From an uncultured Flavobacteriaceae bacterium (lineage in GTDB: Bacteria > Bacteroidota > Bacteroidia > Flavobacteriales > Flavobacteriaceae): a stretch of 64,000 nt of DNA. The notes beneath the pieces are model-generated. The model saw only the letters and a program-made list of their open reading frames with translations. It was not told the origin of the DNA and made no database searches. Each line of letters starts with the position of its first letter. The first letter of the stretch is position 1. Shown here one piece after another: positions 19,595-31,012 of this stretch. The DNA lies in the NCBI GenBank assembly GCA_942492305.1, contig CALOEI010000003.1, positions 123,794-187,793 on the forward strand. Reading direction: 5' to 3'. Position numbers and translations under genes: made by a program.

Positions 19595-20689
19595 ATGAAG
19601 GCAGGAATTGTAGGATTACCAAATGTTGGAAAATCAACGTTATTTAATTGTTTATCAAATGCTAAAGCGCAAAGTGCAAACTTTCCTTTTTGTACAATTG
19701 AACCAAATATTGGTGTCGTTAATGTACCAGATAATCGTTTAACTAAATTAGAAGAATTAGTTAATCCAGAGCGTGTTATGCCTGCAACGGTTGATATAGT
19801 TGATATTGCAGGTTTGGTTCGTGGTGCAAGTAAAGGAGAAGGTTTAGGAAACCAATTTTTAGCAAATATTAGAGAAACAGATGCGATAATTCACGTTTTA
19901 CGTTGTTTTGATAATGATAATATTGTGCATGTTGATACCACCGTTGATCCTGTTAGAGATAAAGAAACTATTGATATTGAATTGCAATTAAAAGATTTTG
20001 AGACTTTAGAAAAAAAATTAGAGCGTGTTAAAAAAACAGCTAGAACTGGAAATAAAGATGCTCAAAAAGAATTAGATGTGCTTTTAAAAGTTAAAGAAGG
20101 CTTAGAAGCTGCAATTTCAGTAAGAGCAATTGAATTTACAGACAAAGAACGAGAAGAATATATTACACCATTACAATTTATTACTGATAAACCTGTGTTA
20201 TATGTGTGCAATGTTGATGAAAGTTCAGCTGTAAATGGAAACGATTATGTTAAAGCAGTTAAAGAAGCTGTAAAAGATGAAAGTGCAGAAGTAATTATTT
20301 TAGCTGTTGGAACAGAAGCTGATATTACGGAACTAGATTCTTTTGAAGAGCGTCAGTTATTTTTAGAAGATTTAGGTTTAGAGGAACCTGGTTCTTCAGT
20401 ATTAATTAGAGCTGCTTACAAATTATTAAACTTACAAACGTATTTTACTGCAGGTGTTAAAGAAGTTAGAGCTTGGACAATTCATATTGGAGATACTGCA
20501 CCACAAGCAGCAGGAGTGATACATACCGATTTTGAAAAAGGTTTTATTAGAGCCGAAGTTATTGCTTATGATGATTTTGTGCACTATGGAAGCGAAGCTA
20601 AAGTAAAAGAAGCTGGTAAAATGCGTGTTGAAGGAAAAGAATATATTGTAAAAGATGGCGATGTTATGCATTTTAGATTTAACGTTTAA
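19595..20689 (+). CDS. ychF: Redox-regulated ATPase YchF
   Basis: [28 protein letters not shown] and TGS C-terminus ending FRFNV. Confidence 0.97.
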   Translation: MKAGIVGLPNVGKSTLFNCLSNAKAQSANFPFCTIEPNIGVVNVPDNRLTKLEELVNPERVMPATVDIVDIAGLVRGASKGEGLGNQFLANIRETDAIIHVLRCFDNDNIVHVDTTVDPVRDKETIDIELQLKDFETLEKKLERVKKTARTGNKDAQKELDVLLKVKEGLEAAISVRAIEFTDKEREEYITPLQFITDKPVLYVCNVDESSAVNGNDYVKAVKEAVKDESAEVIILAVGTEADITELDSFEERQLFLEDLGLEEPGSSVLIRAAYKLLNLQTYFTAGVKEVRAWTIHIGDTAPQAAGVIHTDFEKGFIRAEVIAYDDFVHYGSEAKVKEAGKMRVEGKEYIVKDGDVMHFRFNV

Positions 20690-20713
20690 TTTTAAACAAT
20701 TATAAATATTGTG

Positions 20714-20751
20714 AAAACGCTGTTAATAATTATTTTAATAGCGTTTTTTTT
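20714..20751 (+). terminator. Intrinsic terminator after ychF
   Basis: AAAACGCTGTTAA...TTAATAGCGTTTTTTTT. Confidence 0.7.
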
Positions 20752-20805
20752 ATTTCTTATTCTAAAATAGTACTTTAGCACATCTTCAAGAATAGTACTA
20801 TATAA

Positions 20806-22659
20806 ATGGCAGAACAAACATCGTATACCGAGGATAATATTCGCTCGTTAGACTGGAAAGAACATATTAGAATGCGTCCAGGAATGTATATTGGTAAGTT
20901 AGGTGATGGATCTTCACCTGATGATGGTATTTACATTCTAATAAAAGAAGTTTTAGATAACTCGATAGACGAGTATGTCATGGGTGCTGGAAAAACCATT
21001 GAAGTTTCTGTTAAAGAAGACACTGTAACAATACGCGATTATGGTCGAGGAATTCCTTTAGGAAAAGTGGTTGATGTTGTTTCTAAGATGAATACTGGTG
21101 GAAAGTACGATTCTAAAGCATTTAAAAAATCAGTTGGTTTAAACGGTGTGGGCACTAAAGCTGTAAACGCACTTTCGTCTTATTTTAAAGTGCAATCTTT
21201 TAGAGAAGGAAAAACGGTGTTTGCAGAATTTGAAAAAGGAACAATTACTCATGAAGAAAAACCACTTGATTCTTCAAATAGAAAAGGGACTAAAGTAACC
21301 TTTGTTCCTGATAGAAGTATTTTTACAAAATTTAAATATAGAAACGAGTATATTGTAAAAATGATTAAAAACTATGTGTATTTAAACACAGGTTTAACCA
21401 TAGTTTTTAATGGAGAAAAATATTTTTCAGAAAATGGTTTAAAAGACTTATTAGAAGAAAATATTGCTGATGAATTTATGCTATTTCCAATTATTCATTT
21501 AAAAGGTGAAGATATTGAAGTGGCACTAACTTATAGCAAAGCACAATATAGTGAAGAATATCACTCTTTTGTTAACGGGCAACACACAACGCAAGGAGGA
21601 ACACATCAAAACGCATTTAGAGAAGCCATTGTAAAAACTGTTCGTGAGTTTTTTGGCAAAAATTATGAAGCCTCAGATATTAGAAAATCTATAGTTTCAG
21701 CTGTTAGTGTAAAAGTAATGGAGCCTGTTTTTGAAAGCCAAACAAAGACAAAATTAGGTTCTACAGAAATGGGTGGCGGCTTACCAACTGTTAGAACTTT
21801 TATAACCGATTTTGTAAAAAGAAACTTAGATAATTATTTACATAAAAATCCAGATGCTGCTGAAAAAATTCAGAAGAAAATTTTACAAGCTGAAAAAGAA
21901 CGAAAAGATTTATCTGGAATTCGTAAACTAGCGCGAGAACGTGCTAAAAAGGCAAGTTTACACAATAAAAAATTACGTGATTGTAGAGTGCATTTAAACG
22001 ATTTAAAAAAGGACAATCGCTTAGAAAGTACGTTGTTTATTACTGAGGGAGATTCTGCAAGTGGTTCCATAACAAAATCTAGAGATGTTAATACCCAAGC
22101 TGTTTTTAGTTTGCGTGGTAAACCCCTGAATTCATACAATATGAGTAAAAAAATAGTGTATGAAAACGAAGAATTTAACCTGCTACAAGCTGCCTTAGAT
22201 ATTGAAGATGGTTTAGAAAATTTAAGGTATAATAATATTGTAATTGCAACCGATGCCGATGTGGATGGTATGCATATTCGATTGTTATTAATTACCTTCT
22301 TTTTACAGTTTTTTCCAGAATTAATAAAAGAAGGGCATTTGTATATTTTAGACACTCCTTTATTTAGAGTGCGCGATAAAAAACAAACTTTTTATTGTTA
22401 TAGTCCTGAAGAAAAACAAGATGCTATTAATAAATTAAAAGGAAAACCTGAAATGACACGATTTAAAGGTTTGGGTGAAATTTCGCCCGATGAATTTGTA
22501 CATTTTATTGGAAACGATATTCGTTTAGATCCTGTTATGTTAGATAAAGAAACATCTATTGATAAATTACTGGAATTTTACATGGGAAAAAATACTCCAG
22601 ACAGGCAAAAATTTATTATCAACAATTTAAAAATAGAACTCGATATAGTTGAAGAATAA
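20806..22659 (+). CDS. parE: DNA topoisomerase IV subunit B
   Basis: [37 protein letters not shown] and RFKGLGE; short Bacteroidota ParE type. Confidence 0.92.
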   Translation: MAEQTSYTEDNIRSLDWKEHIRMRPGMYIGKLGDGSSPDDGIYILIKEVLDNSIDEYVMGAGKTIEVSVKEDTVTIRDYGRGIPLGKVVDVVSKMNTGGKYDSKAFKKSVGLNGVGTKAVNALSSYFKVQSFREGKTVFAEFEKGTITHEEKPLDSSNRKGTKVTFVPDRSIFTKFKYRNEYIVKMIKNYVYLNTGLTIVFNGEKYFSENGLKDLLEENIADEFMLFPIIHLKGEDIEVALTYSKAQYSEEYHSFVNGQHTTQGGTHQNAFREAIVKTVREFFGKNYEASDIRKSIVSAVSVKVMEPVFESQTKTKLGSTEMGGGLPTVRTFITDFVKRNLDNYLHKNPDAAEKIQKKILQAEKERKDLSGIRKLARERAKKASLHNKKLRDCRVHLNDLKKDNRLESTLFITEGDSASGSITKSRDVNTQAVFSLRGKPLNSYNMSKKIVYENEEFNLLQAALDIEDGLENLRYNNIVIATDADVDGMHIRLLLITFFLQFFPELIKEGHLYILDTPLFRVRDKKQTFYCYSPEEKQDAINKLKGKPEMTRFKGLGEISPDEFVHFIGNDIRLDPVMLDKETSIDKLLEFYMGKNTPDRQKFIINNLKIELDIVEE

Positions 22660-22729
22660 AGCTTAATTAAGAATTACGAATTTTTAATTATGAATTAAAT
22701 GCCAGATACCAAATACTATAATAAAAATA

Positions 22730-25333
22730 ATGCAAGAAGAGAATAACGAACCAAATAAAGAAGAATTCGGAAACCAAGAAACCATTACTAAGGTAACTGG
22801 AATGTATAAAGATTGGTTTTTAGATTATGCATCTTATGTAATTTTAGAGCGTGCAGTTCCTGGTATTAGAGACGGTTTTAAACCGGTGCAGCGTAGAATT
22901 ATGCATTCTATGAAAGATTTGGATGATGGTCGATTCAATAAAGTTGCAAATGTAATCGGTTATACAATGCAATATCATCCTCACGGAGATGCTTCTATTG
23001 CCGATGCTATGGTGCAAATTGGTCAGAAAGATTTGTTAATAGATATGCAAGGAAACTGGGGAAATATTTTAACTGGTGATCGCGCAGCGGCTTCACGTTA
23101 TATTGAAGCACGTTTGTCTAAATTTGCATTAGAAGTTGTTTTTAACCCAAAAACTACACAATGGCAAGCCTCATACGATGGTAGAAGAAAAGAACCAATA
23201 GATTTACCAGTTAAATTTCCAATGCTTTTGGCGCAAGGTGCTGAAGGAATTGCAGTGGGACTTTCAACAAAAATTTTACCGCATAATTTTAACGAATTAA
23301 TTGATGCATCTATTAAATATTTAAAAGGAAGAAGTTTTACATTAGTTCCTGATTTTTTAACTGGTGGAATTGCTGATGTTTCTAATTATAATGATGGTAA
23401 AAGAGGTGGAAAAATTAGATCAAGAGCAAAAATATCGCAACTCGATAAAAAAACTTTGGTAATTACTGAAATTCCGTATGGCACAACAACTTCTAGTTTA
23501 ATTGATTCTATTTTAAAAGCTAATGATAAAGGCACCATAAAAATTAAGCAAATTGAAGATAACACAGCCGCTAATGTTGAAATTTTAGTGCATTTACCAA
23601 ACGGTATTTCTCCAGATAAAACAATTGATGCATTATTTGCATTTACAAATTGTGAAAACTCTATTTCGCCGCTGTGTTGTGTTATAGAGGATAATAAACC
23701 CGTTTTTATTGGTGTTTCTGAAATTTTAAAACTGTCAACAGATCATACAGTAGAATTATTAAAGCAAGAGCTTGAAATTCAGTTGAATGAATTAGAAGAG
23801 CAATGGCATTTTGCTTCGTTAGAACGTATTTTTATTGAAAATAGGATTTATCGAGATATAGAAGAAGAAGAAACTTGGGAAGGTGTTATTAAAGCTATTG
23901 ATACTGGTTTAAAACCACATATAAAACATTTAAAACGTGCTATTACAGAGGAAGATATTGTACGTTTGACTGAAATACGCATTAAGAAAATATCAAAATT
24001 TGATATAGATAAAGCAAAGCAATTTATTGAAAGTTTAGAAGAAAAAATTGAACAAGTAAAGCATTATTTGGCCAATTTAATTGACTATGCTATTGATTAT
24101 TTTAAAAACTTAAAAACTAAATACGGAAAAGGTAAAGAACGCAAAACTGAAATTCGTTTATTTGACGATATCGTTGCTACAAAAGTAGTGATGCGAAATA
24201 CTAAATTGTATGTTAATAGAGAAGAAGGTTTTGTTGGTACTTCTTTAAAAAGAGATGAATATGTTGATGATTGTGCCGATATTGACGATGTAATTATTTT
24301 TAGAAAAGATGGTGTTATGATGGTTACAAAAGTTGATGCTAAAACTTTTGTAGGAAAAGATATTATTCATGTTGCTATTTTTAAGAAAAACGATAAACGT
24401 ACAGTGTATAATATGATTTATCGTGATGGAAGGAGTGGTCCAAGTTATATGAAGCGCTTTAACGTTAAAGGTGTTACACGTGATAAAGAATATGATTTAA
24501 CAGCCGGAAATAAAGCATCTGTTGTTCAATACTTTACAGCTAATCCAAATGGCGAAGCAGAAACAGTTACTATAAATTTACGTGCAGTTGGAAGTATAAA
24601 AAAGTTAAAATGGGATATAGATTTTTCAGATTTAGCTATTAAAGGTAGAGGTGTAAAAGGAAATACTGTAACTAAATATGCTATTAAAAAAATTGAATTA
24701 AAATCAGAAGGTGTTTCTACGTTAAAACCTCGTAAAATTTGGTTTGATGAAACAGTACAACGTTTAAATGTTGACGATAGAGGTGAGCTTTTAGGTGAAT
24801 TTAGAGGTGAAGATAGACTGTTAATAATTACTCAAAAAGGAATTGTAAAAACTATAAAACCTGAACTTACTACACATTTTGATTCAGATATGATTGTACT
24901 TGAAAAATGGATTCCTGAAAAACCAATTTCAGCTATTTATTTTGATGGAGAAAAAGAACGTTATTATATAAAACGTTTTATGATTGATAATCCTAACAAA
25001 GAAGAAATTTTTATTTCAGAACATCCAAAATCACAATTAGAAATTGTCTCTACAGATTACAGACCAATGGCTGAAATTCAATTCTCTAAACGTAGTTTAG
25101 ATAATATTGAAGTAAATTTAGAAGAATTTATTGCTGTTAAAGGTATTAAAGCTCAAGGAAATCAGCTTACTACCGATAAAATTAAAACAGTTAATATGTT
25201 AGAGCCTTTAGCTTATGAAGCTCCAGTTGTTAATGATGTTGAGGTGAACGATGAAGAAGTTATAGATAACTCTTCAAAAGAAAATGACGATGATGATAAA
25301 AAGGATGATAAAGGACAAACAGCTTTATTCTAA
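22730..25333 (+). CDS. parC: DNA topoisomerase IV subunit A
   Basis: DGFKPVQRR, HPHGD and the catalytic AASRYIEAR; adjacent to parE. Confidence 0.92.
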   Translation: MQEENNEPNKEEFGNQETITKVTGMYKDWFLDYASYVILERAVPGIRDGFKPVQRRIMHSMKDLDDGRFNKVANVIGYTMQYHPHGDASIADAMVQIGQKDLLIDMQGNWGNILTGDRAAASRYIEARLSKFALEVVFNPKTTQWQASYDGRRKEPIDLPVKFPMLLAQGAEGIAVGLSTKILPHNFNELIDASIKYLKGRSFTLVPDFLTGGIADVSNYNDGKRGGKIRSRAKISQLDKKTLVITEIPYGTTTSSLIDSILKANDKGTIKIKQIEDNTAANVEILVHLPNGISPDKTIDALFAFTNCENSISPLCCVIEDNKPVFIGVSEILKLSTDHTVELLKQELEIQLNELEEQWHFASLERIFIENRIYRDIEEEETWEGVIKAIDTGLKPHIKHLKRAITEEDIVRLTEIRIKKISKFDIDKAKQFIESLEEKIEQVKHYLANLIDYAIDYFKNLKTKYGKGKERKTEIRLFDDIVATKVVMRNTKLYVNREEGFVGTSLKRDEYVDDCADIDDVIIFRKDGVMMVTKVDAKTFVGKDIIHVAIFKKNDKRTVYNMIYRDGRSGPSYMKRFNVKGVTRDKEYDLTAGNKASVVQYFTANPNGEAETVTINLRAVGSIKKLKWDIDFSDLAIKGRGVKGNTVTKYAIKKIELKSEGVSTLKPRKIWFDETVQRLNVDDRGELLGEFRGEDRLLIITQKGIVKTIKPELTTHFDSDMIVLEKWIPEKPISAIYFDGEKERYYIKRFMIDNPNKEEIFISEHPKSQLEIVSTDYRPMAEIQFSKRSLDNIEVNLEEFIAVKGIKAQGNQLTTDKIKTVNMLEPLAYEAPVVNDVEVNDEEVIDNSSKENDDDDKKDDKGQTALF

Positions 25334-25336
25334 TTT

Positions 25337-26470
25337 TTATTGTAATTTTTCATAAAAAGTAAATTCATAATCTTTCATTAATTCTGGATGTGCAATTTTA
25401 ATAATATCTTTTAACACCAAATCAGGTCGGGCAGGAGCTAATTCAAAATAAATTATACCATCGGTTTTACCTCGTTTATTTACAAAAGAATACACTTCTT
25501 TATTTTGAAAAGCTTTAAATTTAGAATACATATCATTTGCTGCTTCTAAGTCTTTTAAAGATGTATAAAAACTAGGAGCAAACCATAATTCGGCATCTTT
25601 TCCTTTTTCAAAAACGTTTTCAATATTTAAAGATAAGCTTCCATTTCCTTCCGTATCTGACCATAAATAATTGGTATTTGCATCTTTTAAGAAAGTTGCT
25701 TCAAAACTCGCTCCAGCAGGTAAATTCCAAATATCTTTAAACAGCCCTCCAGAAATAACTGTTGGTTTTATATAGGTTTTTAGAGCTGATTTTTTAGCAA
25801 CTAAATAATTTGCTTCAATAGTTGAAAATATGCTATCTGCTTCTTTTTCTTTATTAAATAACACTCCAAAAAGTTTAATCCATTCCGCACGTCCAAGTGG
25901 TGTTTCTTCTAGCCAATCGCCATTTAAAATTACTGGAATTCCTAACTGCTGAATGTTCGTAAACATTTTATTATTACTGTTTATTGAAAATCCAATTACA
26001 GCATCTGGATTTAAATTAAGCAGTAATTCGGTATTTATACGCTCTTCATTTCCAAGGTCTTTTATGATACCTGAATCAATTAAATTTCTTGTTTTTGTGG
26101 AAGAAATATACTTTGTATTTGGGTAGCCAATCAATTTATCTTCAACTTGTAATAATTCTAACATTGGAATATGCGTAGTACTTGTAACTACAATAGAATT
26201 TAGTGGTATTTGAATGGTGTTTTTTGATGAAGCTTTAGAATTATTAGTTAAAATATATTCAAAAGTTTCTTTTGCATTTTGGTAAGGTGATTTTATAATT
26301 AATTTTTTATAAGCTTTATATTGTTGAATTTCAAAGCCTTTAGCATATTTAATATTGCTTAAAGTATAGTTATTTTTAGTATTAGAATCTGTTTGTTTTT
26401 TTTGCTGACAACTAGAAAAAAATATAATAAAGAATGCTATTGTTGCAAGTTTTAAGCTAAATAATTTCAT
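25337..26470 (-). CDS. Iron/cobalamin ABC transporter substrate-binding lipoprotein (BtuF-like)
   Basis: Lipobox FSSC, motif WLEETPLGRAEWIK and divergent from the B12 riboswitch/btuB. Confidence 0.85.
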   Translation of the reverse strand: MKLFSLKLATIAFFIIFFSSCQQKKQTDSNTKNNYTLSNIKYAKGFEIQQYKAYKKLIIKSPYQNAKETFEYILTNNSKASSKNTIQIPLNSIVVTSTTHIPMLELLQVEDKLIGYPNTKYISSTKTRNLIDSGIIKDLGNEERINTELLLNLNPDAVIGFSINSNNKMFTNIQQLGIPVILNGDWLEETPLGRAEWIKLFGVLFNKEKEADSIFSTIEANYLVAKKSALKTYIKPTVISGGLFKDIWNLPAGASFEATFLKDANTNYLWSDTEGNGSLSLNIENVFEKGKDAELWFAPSFYTSLKDLEAANDMYSKFKAFQNKEVYSFVNKRGKTDGIIYFELAPARPDLVLKDIIKIAHPELMKDYEFTFYEKLQ

Positions 26471-26537
26471 CTATAAATAAATTTAGGCAAATGTAATCTT
26501 TTTGAAAATTAATAGTATTAATTAGTCTTAAATTAAT

Positions 26538-26545
26538 TAGCTTTG
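26538..26545 (+). promoter_or_regulatory. Bacteroidota -7 promoter box for the riboswitch-btuB transcript
   Basis: TAGCTTTG immediately upstream of the riboswitch 5' end. Confidence 0.65.
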
Positions 26546-26550
26546 CACCA

Positions 26551-26770
26551 GATTATGGTTTTCTTTTGAACAATCTGCTCAATAGAATTAAAAGGGAATT
26601 CGGTTTAAATCCGAGGCTGTTCCCGCAACTGTAAGCTTAGCCATAAATGGTGGTTGTTATTAAACTTTAACCACTGTTCTAGTTTTTAGAATGGGAAGGT
26701 AAATAACAATACGCAAGCCAGGAGACCTGCCAAAATCGCAATAGTTCAAACTTTCGGGAGAAAGGTTTGA
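26551..26770 (+). ncRNA. Cobalamin riboswitch, including the downstream kissing-loop hairpin
   Basis: AAAGGGAA-TTCGGTTTAAATCCGAG-CTGTTCCCGCAACTGT, CCACTG...GGGAAGG and B12 box AAGCCAGGAGACCTGCC. P1 is GATTATGG/CCAAAATC; upstream of a TonB-dependent receptor. Confidence 0.95.
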
Positions 26771-26830
26771 GTATGGTTTTCTATACTTAAAAACTTACCT
26801 GATTTAGTATTAATTAAATCTAAAAGTAAA

Positions 26831-28735
26831 ATGAAAAAAAAATTTCATTTAAGTTATTTGTGTGTGTTTATGGCAATCACAAATTTAATTGCTCAAGAAA
26901 AAAAAGATGATTTTGAGCAATTAGAAGAAGTAGTAGTTACAGCTACAAAATTTGCAATTAAAAAAGAATTAATTGGTAAAGTTATTTATCAAATTAAACC
27001 TGAAGAAATTGTTAATTTAAAAGGTAAAACTGTTGTAGATGTTTTAGATAACATTGCTGGAATTCAAATTAATGGCGCAAATAATGTAGCCGGAAAAAAC
27101 AAAAGTACTTATATAAGAGGTGGAAGAGATCGTCACGTTTTAGTTTTAATAGACGGAGTTCCAGTTAGTGATCCTTCTGGTGTAAATACAACTTTTGATT
27201 TACGTTTGTTAACGTTAAGTCAAGTTGAATCTATTGAAGTTATGAATGGTGCAGCGAGCACTCTTTATGGGTCCGGAGCAGCAACAGGTGTAATTAATAT
27301 TAAATTAAAAAAAGCAAGTGAAGCATCAGTTTCATTAAATTATCAAACCTCTGTTGGAACTAATAATTCACAAGAGGATTCCAAATTGAATTTTAACGAT
27401 TTTAATCAAAATGTTTCAATAAATGGAACTTTAAATAAATTTAATTATTTAGCAACTTTTAATGCTTCAAAAACTGATGGATTATCTGAAGCAAGTGATG
27501 AAAATAGTTTTGATAAATTTGAAGACGAACAATTTAAGGCAACTAATACTTTTTTAAGGCTTGGCTATAATTTTAATAAAAATTTAAATGTTCAGCTTTT
27601 CGGAAATTTTGATAAGGATATTTATGACTATGATGCAGGGGCTTTTTCAGATTCTGATATAAACAATGGTGTAAATAAACAGCAACGTGTTGGAATAAAG
27701 ACAAATTACAAGTTTTTAAAAGGTAGCTTAGCATTTACCGCTTCTTATAATAATATTAATAGAGTTTTGAATAGTTTTAATAGTTGGACCAATGCAACTG
27801 ATTATTATGAGTACACTGGAGAAACTTACGTTTTAGATGTAATTAATAATTATAAAATCTCCAATGAGTTTCAATTAATTTCAGGTTTAAATTATCAAAA
27901 ACAATTAAATTTAACCAACAGTCCATACGGAAATATTGATGATGATTTGGCAAACTATAATACTGTAGATCCTTATGTAACGGTTGTATTTAACAGTGTG
28001 TCAGGTTTTAATTTAAATGCTGGGGCTCGTTTAAATAATCATAGTGAATATGGGAATCATTGGGTTTATAATGTAAATCCATCCTTTAATTTCAACGCTA
28101 ATTTTAGATTAATATCCTCTATTAGTACAGCATTTATTGCCCCAAGTACCTATCAATTATTCTCACAATATGGAAATATTGATTTGGAACCAGAAGATGT
28201 GCAATCTATTGAAGCTGGTTTTATATTTTCAGCAAAAGATAAGTTTGAATTTAATTCGGTTTTCTTTTATAGAGAAGAAGATAATGCCATTATTTTACCA
28301 GATTTTATTACCTATAGAAATACAGACGAAACTTTAATAGCTAGAGGTATTGAAACTGGAATTTCTATAAATGTTTTTAAAGATTTAGGATTTAGATTAG
28401 GACATACCTATACAAGCAAAAGTGCAGATATAGATTATATACCTAAAAATAAATTTACTGCATTATTAGAAACAAACAGATTAAAAAACACTTATATATC
28501 ATTAAAATTTAAAAATATTTCAAAAAGAACTTATTTCGATCAGTGGGGAACAGGTTCAACTATTGATTTTGATGCATATAATTTAGTTGATTTATATGCA
28601 AGTCATAATGTAATAAAAGATAAACTTGTTCTTTTTGCACAGCTAAATAATGTATTTAATGAGGATTATATTGAAACAATTGGATTTACAACTTTGGGTC
28701 GAAATTTTAAAATAGGATTAGATTTTAAATTCTAA
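26831..28735 (+). CDS. btuB: TonB-dependent vitamin B12 receptor
   Basis: LEEVVVTA, IRGG...LVLIDGVP, IEVMNGAASTLYGSGA and C-terminal Phe; preceded by the cobalamin riboswitch. Confidence 0.85.
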   Translation: MKKKFHLSYLCVFMAITNLIAQEKKDDFEQLEEVVVTATKFAIKKELIGKVIYQIKPEEIVNLKGKTVVDVLDNIAGIQINGANNVAGKNKSTYIRGGRDRHVLVLIDGVPVSDPSGVNTTFDLRLLTLSQVESIEVMNGAASTLYGSGAATGVINIKLKKASEASVSLNYQTSVGTNNSQEDSKLNFNDFNQNVSINGTLNKFNYLATFNASKTDGLSEASDENSFDKFEDEQFKATNTFLRLGYNFNKNLNVQLFGNFDKDIYDYDAGAFSDSDINNGVNKQQRVGIKTNYKFLKGSLAFTASYNNINRVLNSFNSWTNATDYYEYTGETYVLDVINNYKISNEFQLISGLNYQKQLNLTNSPYGNIDDDLANYNTVDPYVTVVFNSVSGFNLNAGARLNNHSEYGNHWVYNVNPSFNFNANFRLISSISTAFIAPSTYQLFSQYGNIDLEPEDVQSIEAGFIFSAKDKFEFNSVFFYREEDNAIILPDFITYRNTDETLIARGIETGISINVFKDLGFRLGHTYTSKSADIDYIPKNKFTALLETNRLKNTYISLKFKNISKRTYFDQWGTGSTIDFDAYNLVDLYASHNVIKDKLVLFAQLNNVFNEDYIETIGFTTLGRNFKIGLDFKF

Positions 28736-28754
28736 AATTTCTAATATAATTTAT

Positions 28755-28792
28755 AAACCACTCTAATTTAATTAAAATAGGGTGGTTTTTTT
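28755..28792. terminator. Terminator between convergent genes
   Basis: AAACCACTCTA...TAGGGTGGTTTTTTT. Confidence 0.7.
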
Positions 28793-28793
28793 A

Positions 28794-29309
28794 TTAAAAA
28801 AAGTTTCTTACTTCATTTTTAATAAACGCTAAGGCAGTATTAGAAGGAGGTGTAATTTCTAACATTTTTTTTAAAATTGCTTCACGTAAATCTTGTGCTG
28901 TTTTAACTTCTTCTATTTGTTCAGTTTTCTTAATTAACTGAATTGTAGCATTTTTAGATGCAATAATAACACTCCAACATTTTTCTGAAATATAAATTTG
29001 TTGGGCTAAATTATGTTCAAATTCTTGTTCAATAGTATTAATAATACTTAAAGCATATGCCTCTTTATCGTTATTTATTGAGGTAATTCTCAGTAATAGT
29101 TTAGCCGGATTTATACGTTCTAAAAATAAGGTCATTCTTTCATAAGCTTGAAGTCTAATAGGTAATACTTGCTGTTGATTTTCTTTTAATAGACTTAGTT
29201 TTACCCGTTGTTGTTCAAAACTAGTATGATTCATAAAAAAATAATAAGCAACTGCTCCTGTTACTATAGCTGGTATTGTGTAAGCCAATAATTCAATAAT
29301 TTTTTCCAA
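28794..29309 (-). CDS. Conserved hypothetical membrane-anchored protein
   Basis: N-terminal TM helix, with LPIRLQAYER and EFEHNLAQQIY motifs that I recognise as common in Bacteroidota. Confidence 0.8.
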   Translation of the reverse strand: MEKIIELLAYTIPAIVTGAVAYYFFMNHTSFEQQRVKLSLLKENQQQVLPIRLQAYERMTLFLERINPAKLLLRITSINNDKEAYALSIINTIEQEFEHNLAQQIYISEKCWSVIIASKNATIQLIKKTEQIEEVKTAQDLREAILKKMLEITPPSNTALAFIKNEVRNFF

Positions 29310-29436
29310 TTTTTAGTTGTTTTAAAATAATACAAAAATAAACTTAGTAAAAATATTACACAATGAAGTATTTAAAATTATAATATATTAAAAAAAAATA
29401 GTTTTATTTTTGAATAGTGAAATTAAACACTATTTT

Positions 29437-29454
29437 ATGTAACAATCGTTACAT
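29437..29454. promoter_or_regulatory. Palindromic operator (CRP/FNR-like spacing)
   Basis: ATGTAAC-AATC-GTTACAT has perfect 7-bp arms (TGTAA-N6-TTACA). Confidence 0.55.
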
Positions 29455-29585
29455 TTGAATTCTATATTAATGATAATTATCAGTAATTATACTTAGGTAA
29501 GACTATAAATTTGTTAAAAATTAATTGTTAGTGCTAAAAATAATGTACTACAATTGTAACTAAACTATTAAACAAACAATATATT

Positions 29586-30923
29586 ATGAAAAATTTACTA
29601 AGATTAGCAGTTTTATTATTTACAACGGCTACTTTTTCTCAGGCAGGTCATATAATGCAAGGAGTAGGTGCCGTAAATATGTCAATGGGTGGAGCTGCAA
29701 CAGCACAACCACTTGATATTAGTGGTGCATTGCAATGGAATCCAGCTTCAATATCTACATTTGATAGTAAAATATTAAATTTTGATTTAGGATTATTCTT
29801 TTCTTCACCTGAATTAAGTTCTACAGTTCCAACCCCTGATGGTGGTACATTTAGTGGAATTACAAAAGATGATAGAGGTGTATCTCCTATGCCAGCTTTA
29901 GCAATGGTTTGGGGAAATGAAGATAGTAAACATACCTTTGGAGCTTCTGCTTTTGGTATTAGTGGTTTTGGAGTAACTTTTCCTGAAAATATGACAAATG
30001 CCATTAGTATGCCACAATCAATGGGAGGTTTTGGTCATATAGAATCAGATTATATGTTATTACAAGTTGGATTTACTTGGGCATATGAAGTTTCTGAGAC
30101 TTTCTCAATTGGAATTGAGCCTACGATGAATTACGCATCATTAGAATTAGCGCCAAACCCTTTAGCTTCACCAGATTTTCCACCAGAAATGGGTGGTACT
30201 GGTAAAGGTTATCCTGTTAGTGATAAAGCATCTGCAATGGGATTTGGAGCACAATTTGGATTATTTTTTAATTCACCAAGTGGTATAAAATTAGGAGCTT
30301 CATATAAAACTACTCAAAAATTTAGTGATTTAGAATTTAGTAATTCATATGTAAATAATGGAGGTGCTGCACAAGATGTTGCATTTAATATGGATTATCC
30401 TGCAATTCTTTCTTTTGGTTTGGGTTATTCAAATGATAAAATTGATTTTGCTTTAGATTATAGAATGGTAGATTATGAAAATACAGCAGGTTTTGAAGCT
30501 AAAGGATGGCAATTTGCAGATAACGGTTTTCCAACAGGTGCAGTAAATGGTTTTGGTTGGGAAAATATTAATATAATTTCTGTTGGTTTACAATATAAAG
30601 GTATTGAAAATTTACCGTTAAGATTTGGATATACATATAGTTCTAATCCAATAAATGAAGATTTAGCATTTTTCTCAATCCCAGCAACAGCTGTAATTAA
30701 GAATGCATTTCAATTTGGTTTAAGCCATAACTTTAATGATAGTTTTAAATTAAATGCGGTATATCATTATGGTGCTAGTGGAGATAAAACTGAAGGTGAA
30801 ATGTTAAGTCCATTGGCTATTTCTCCAACAAATCCTTATGGTGCAGTTTCAGGTACAAAAGTTGGTTATGAAATGACAACAAGTATGATAATGTTTGGAG
30901 TTTCTTATACTTTTAATAAATAA
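29586..30923 (+). CDS. OmpP1/FadL/TodX family outer membrane transporter
   Basis: Signal peptide, GAVNMSMGGA...ALQWNPA hatch motif and beta-barrel C-terminus SYTF. Confidence 0.85.
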   Translation: MKNLLRLAVLLFTTATFSQAGHIMQGVGAVNMSMGGAATAQPLDISGALQWNPASISTFDSKILNFDLGLFFSSPELSSTVPTPDGGTFSGITKDDRGVSPMPALAMVWGNEDSKHTFGASAFGISGFGVTFPENMTNAISMPQSMGGFGHIESDYMLLQVGFTWAYEVSETFSIGIEPTMNYASLELAPNPLASPDFPPEMGGTGKGYPVSDKASAMGFGAQFGLFFNSPSGIKLGASYKTTQKFSDLEFSNSYVNNGGAAQDVAFNMDYPAILSFGLGYSNDKIDFALDYRMVDYENTAGFEAKGWQFADNGFPTGAVNGFGWENINIISVGLQYKGIENLPLRFGYTYSSNPINEDLAFFSIPATAVIKNAFQFGLSHNFNDSFKLNAVYHYGASGDKTEGEMLSPLAISPTNPYGAVSGTKVGYEMTTSMIMFGVSYTFNK

Positions 30924-30943
30924 TAATATTCTTTAACACTTAC

Positions 30944-30979
30944 AAAAGGCCTGTATTTATTAAAATATCAGGCCTTTTT
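30944..30979. terminator. Bidirectional terminator
   Basis: AAAAGGCCTG...CAGGCCTTTT. Confidence 0.75.
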
Positions 30980-31012
30980 AATGTATAAAACTATTTTAAA
31001 TCACGATCATTT

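Noticed and set aside
22975-23010. ParC QRDR reads HGDAS rather than HGDSA (possible quinolone resistance)
   Set aside because: As far as I know this is the normal Bacteroidota ParC sequence, not an acquired mutation.
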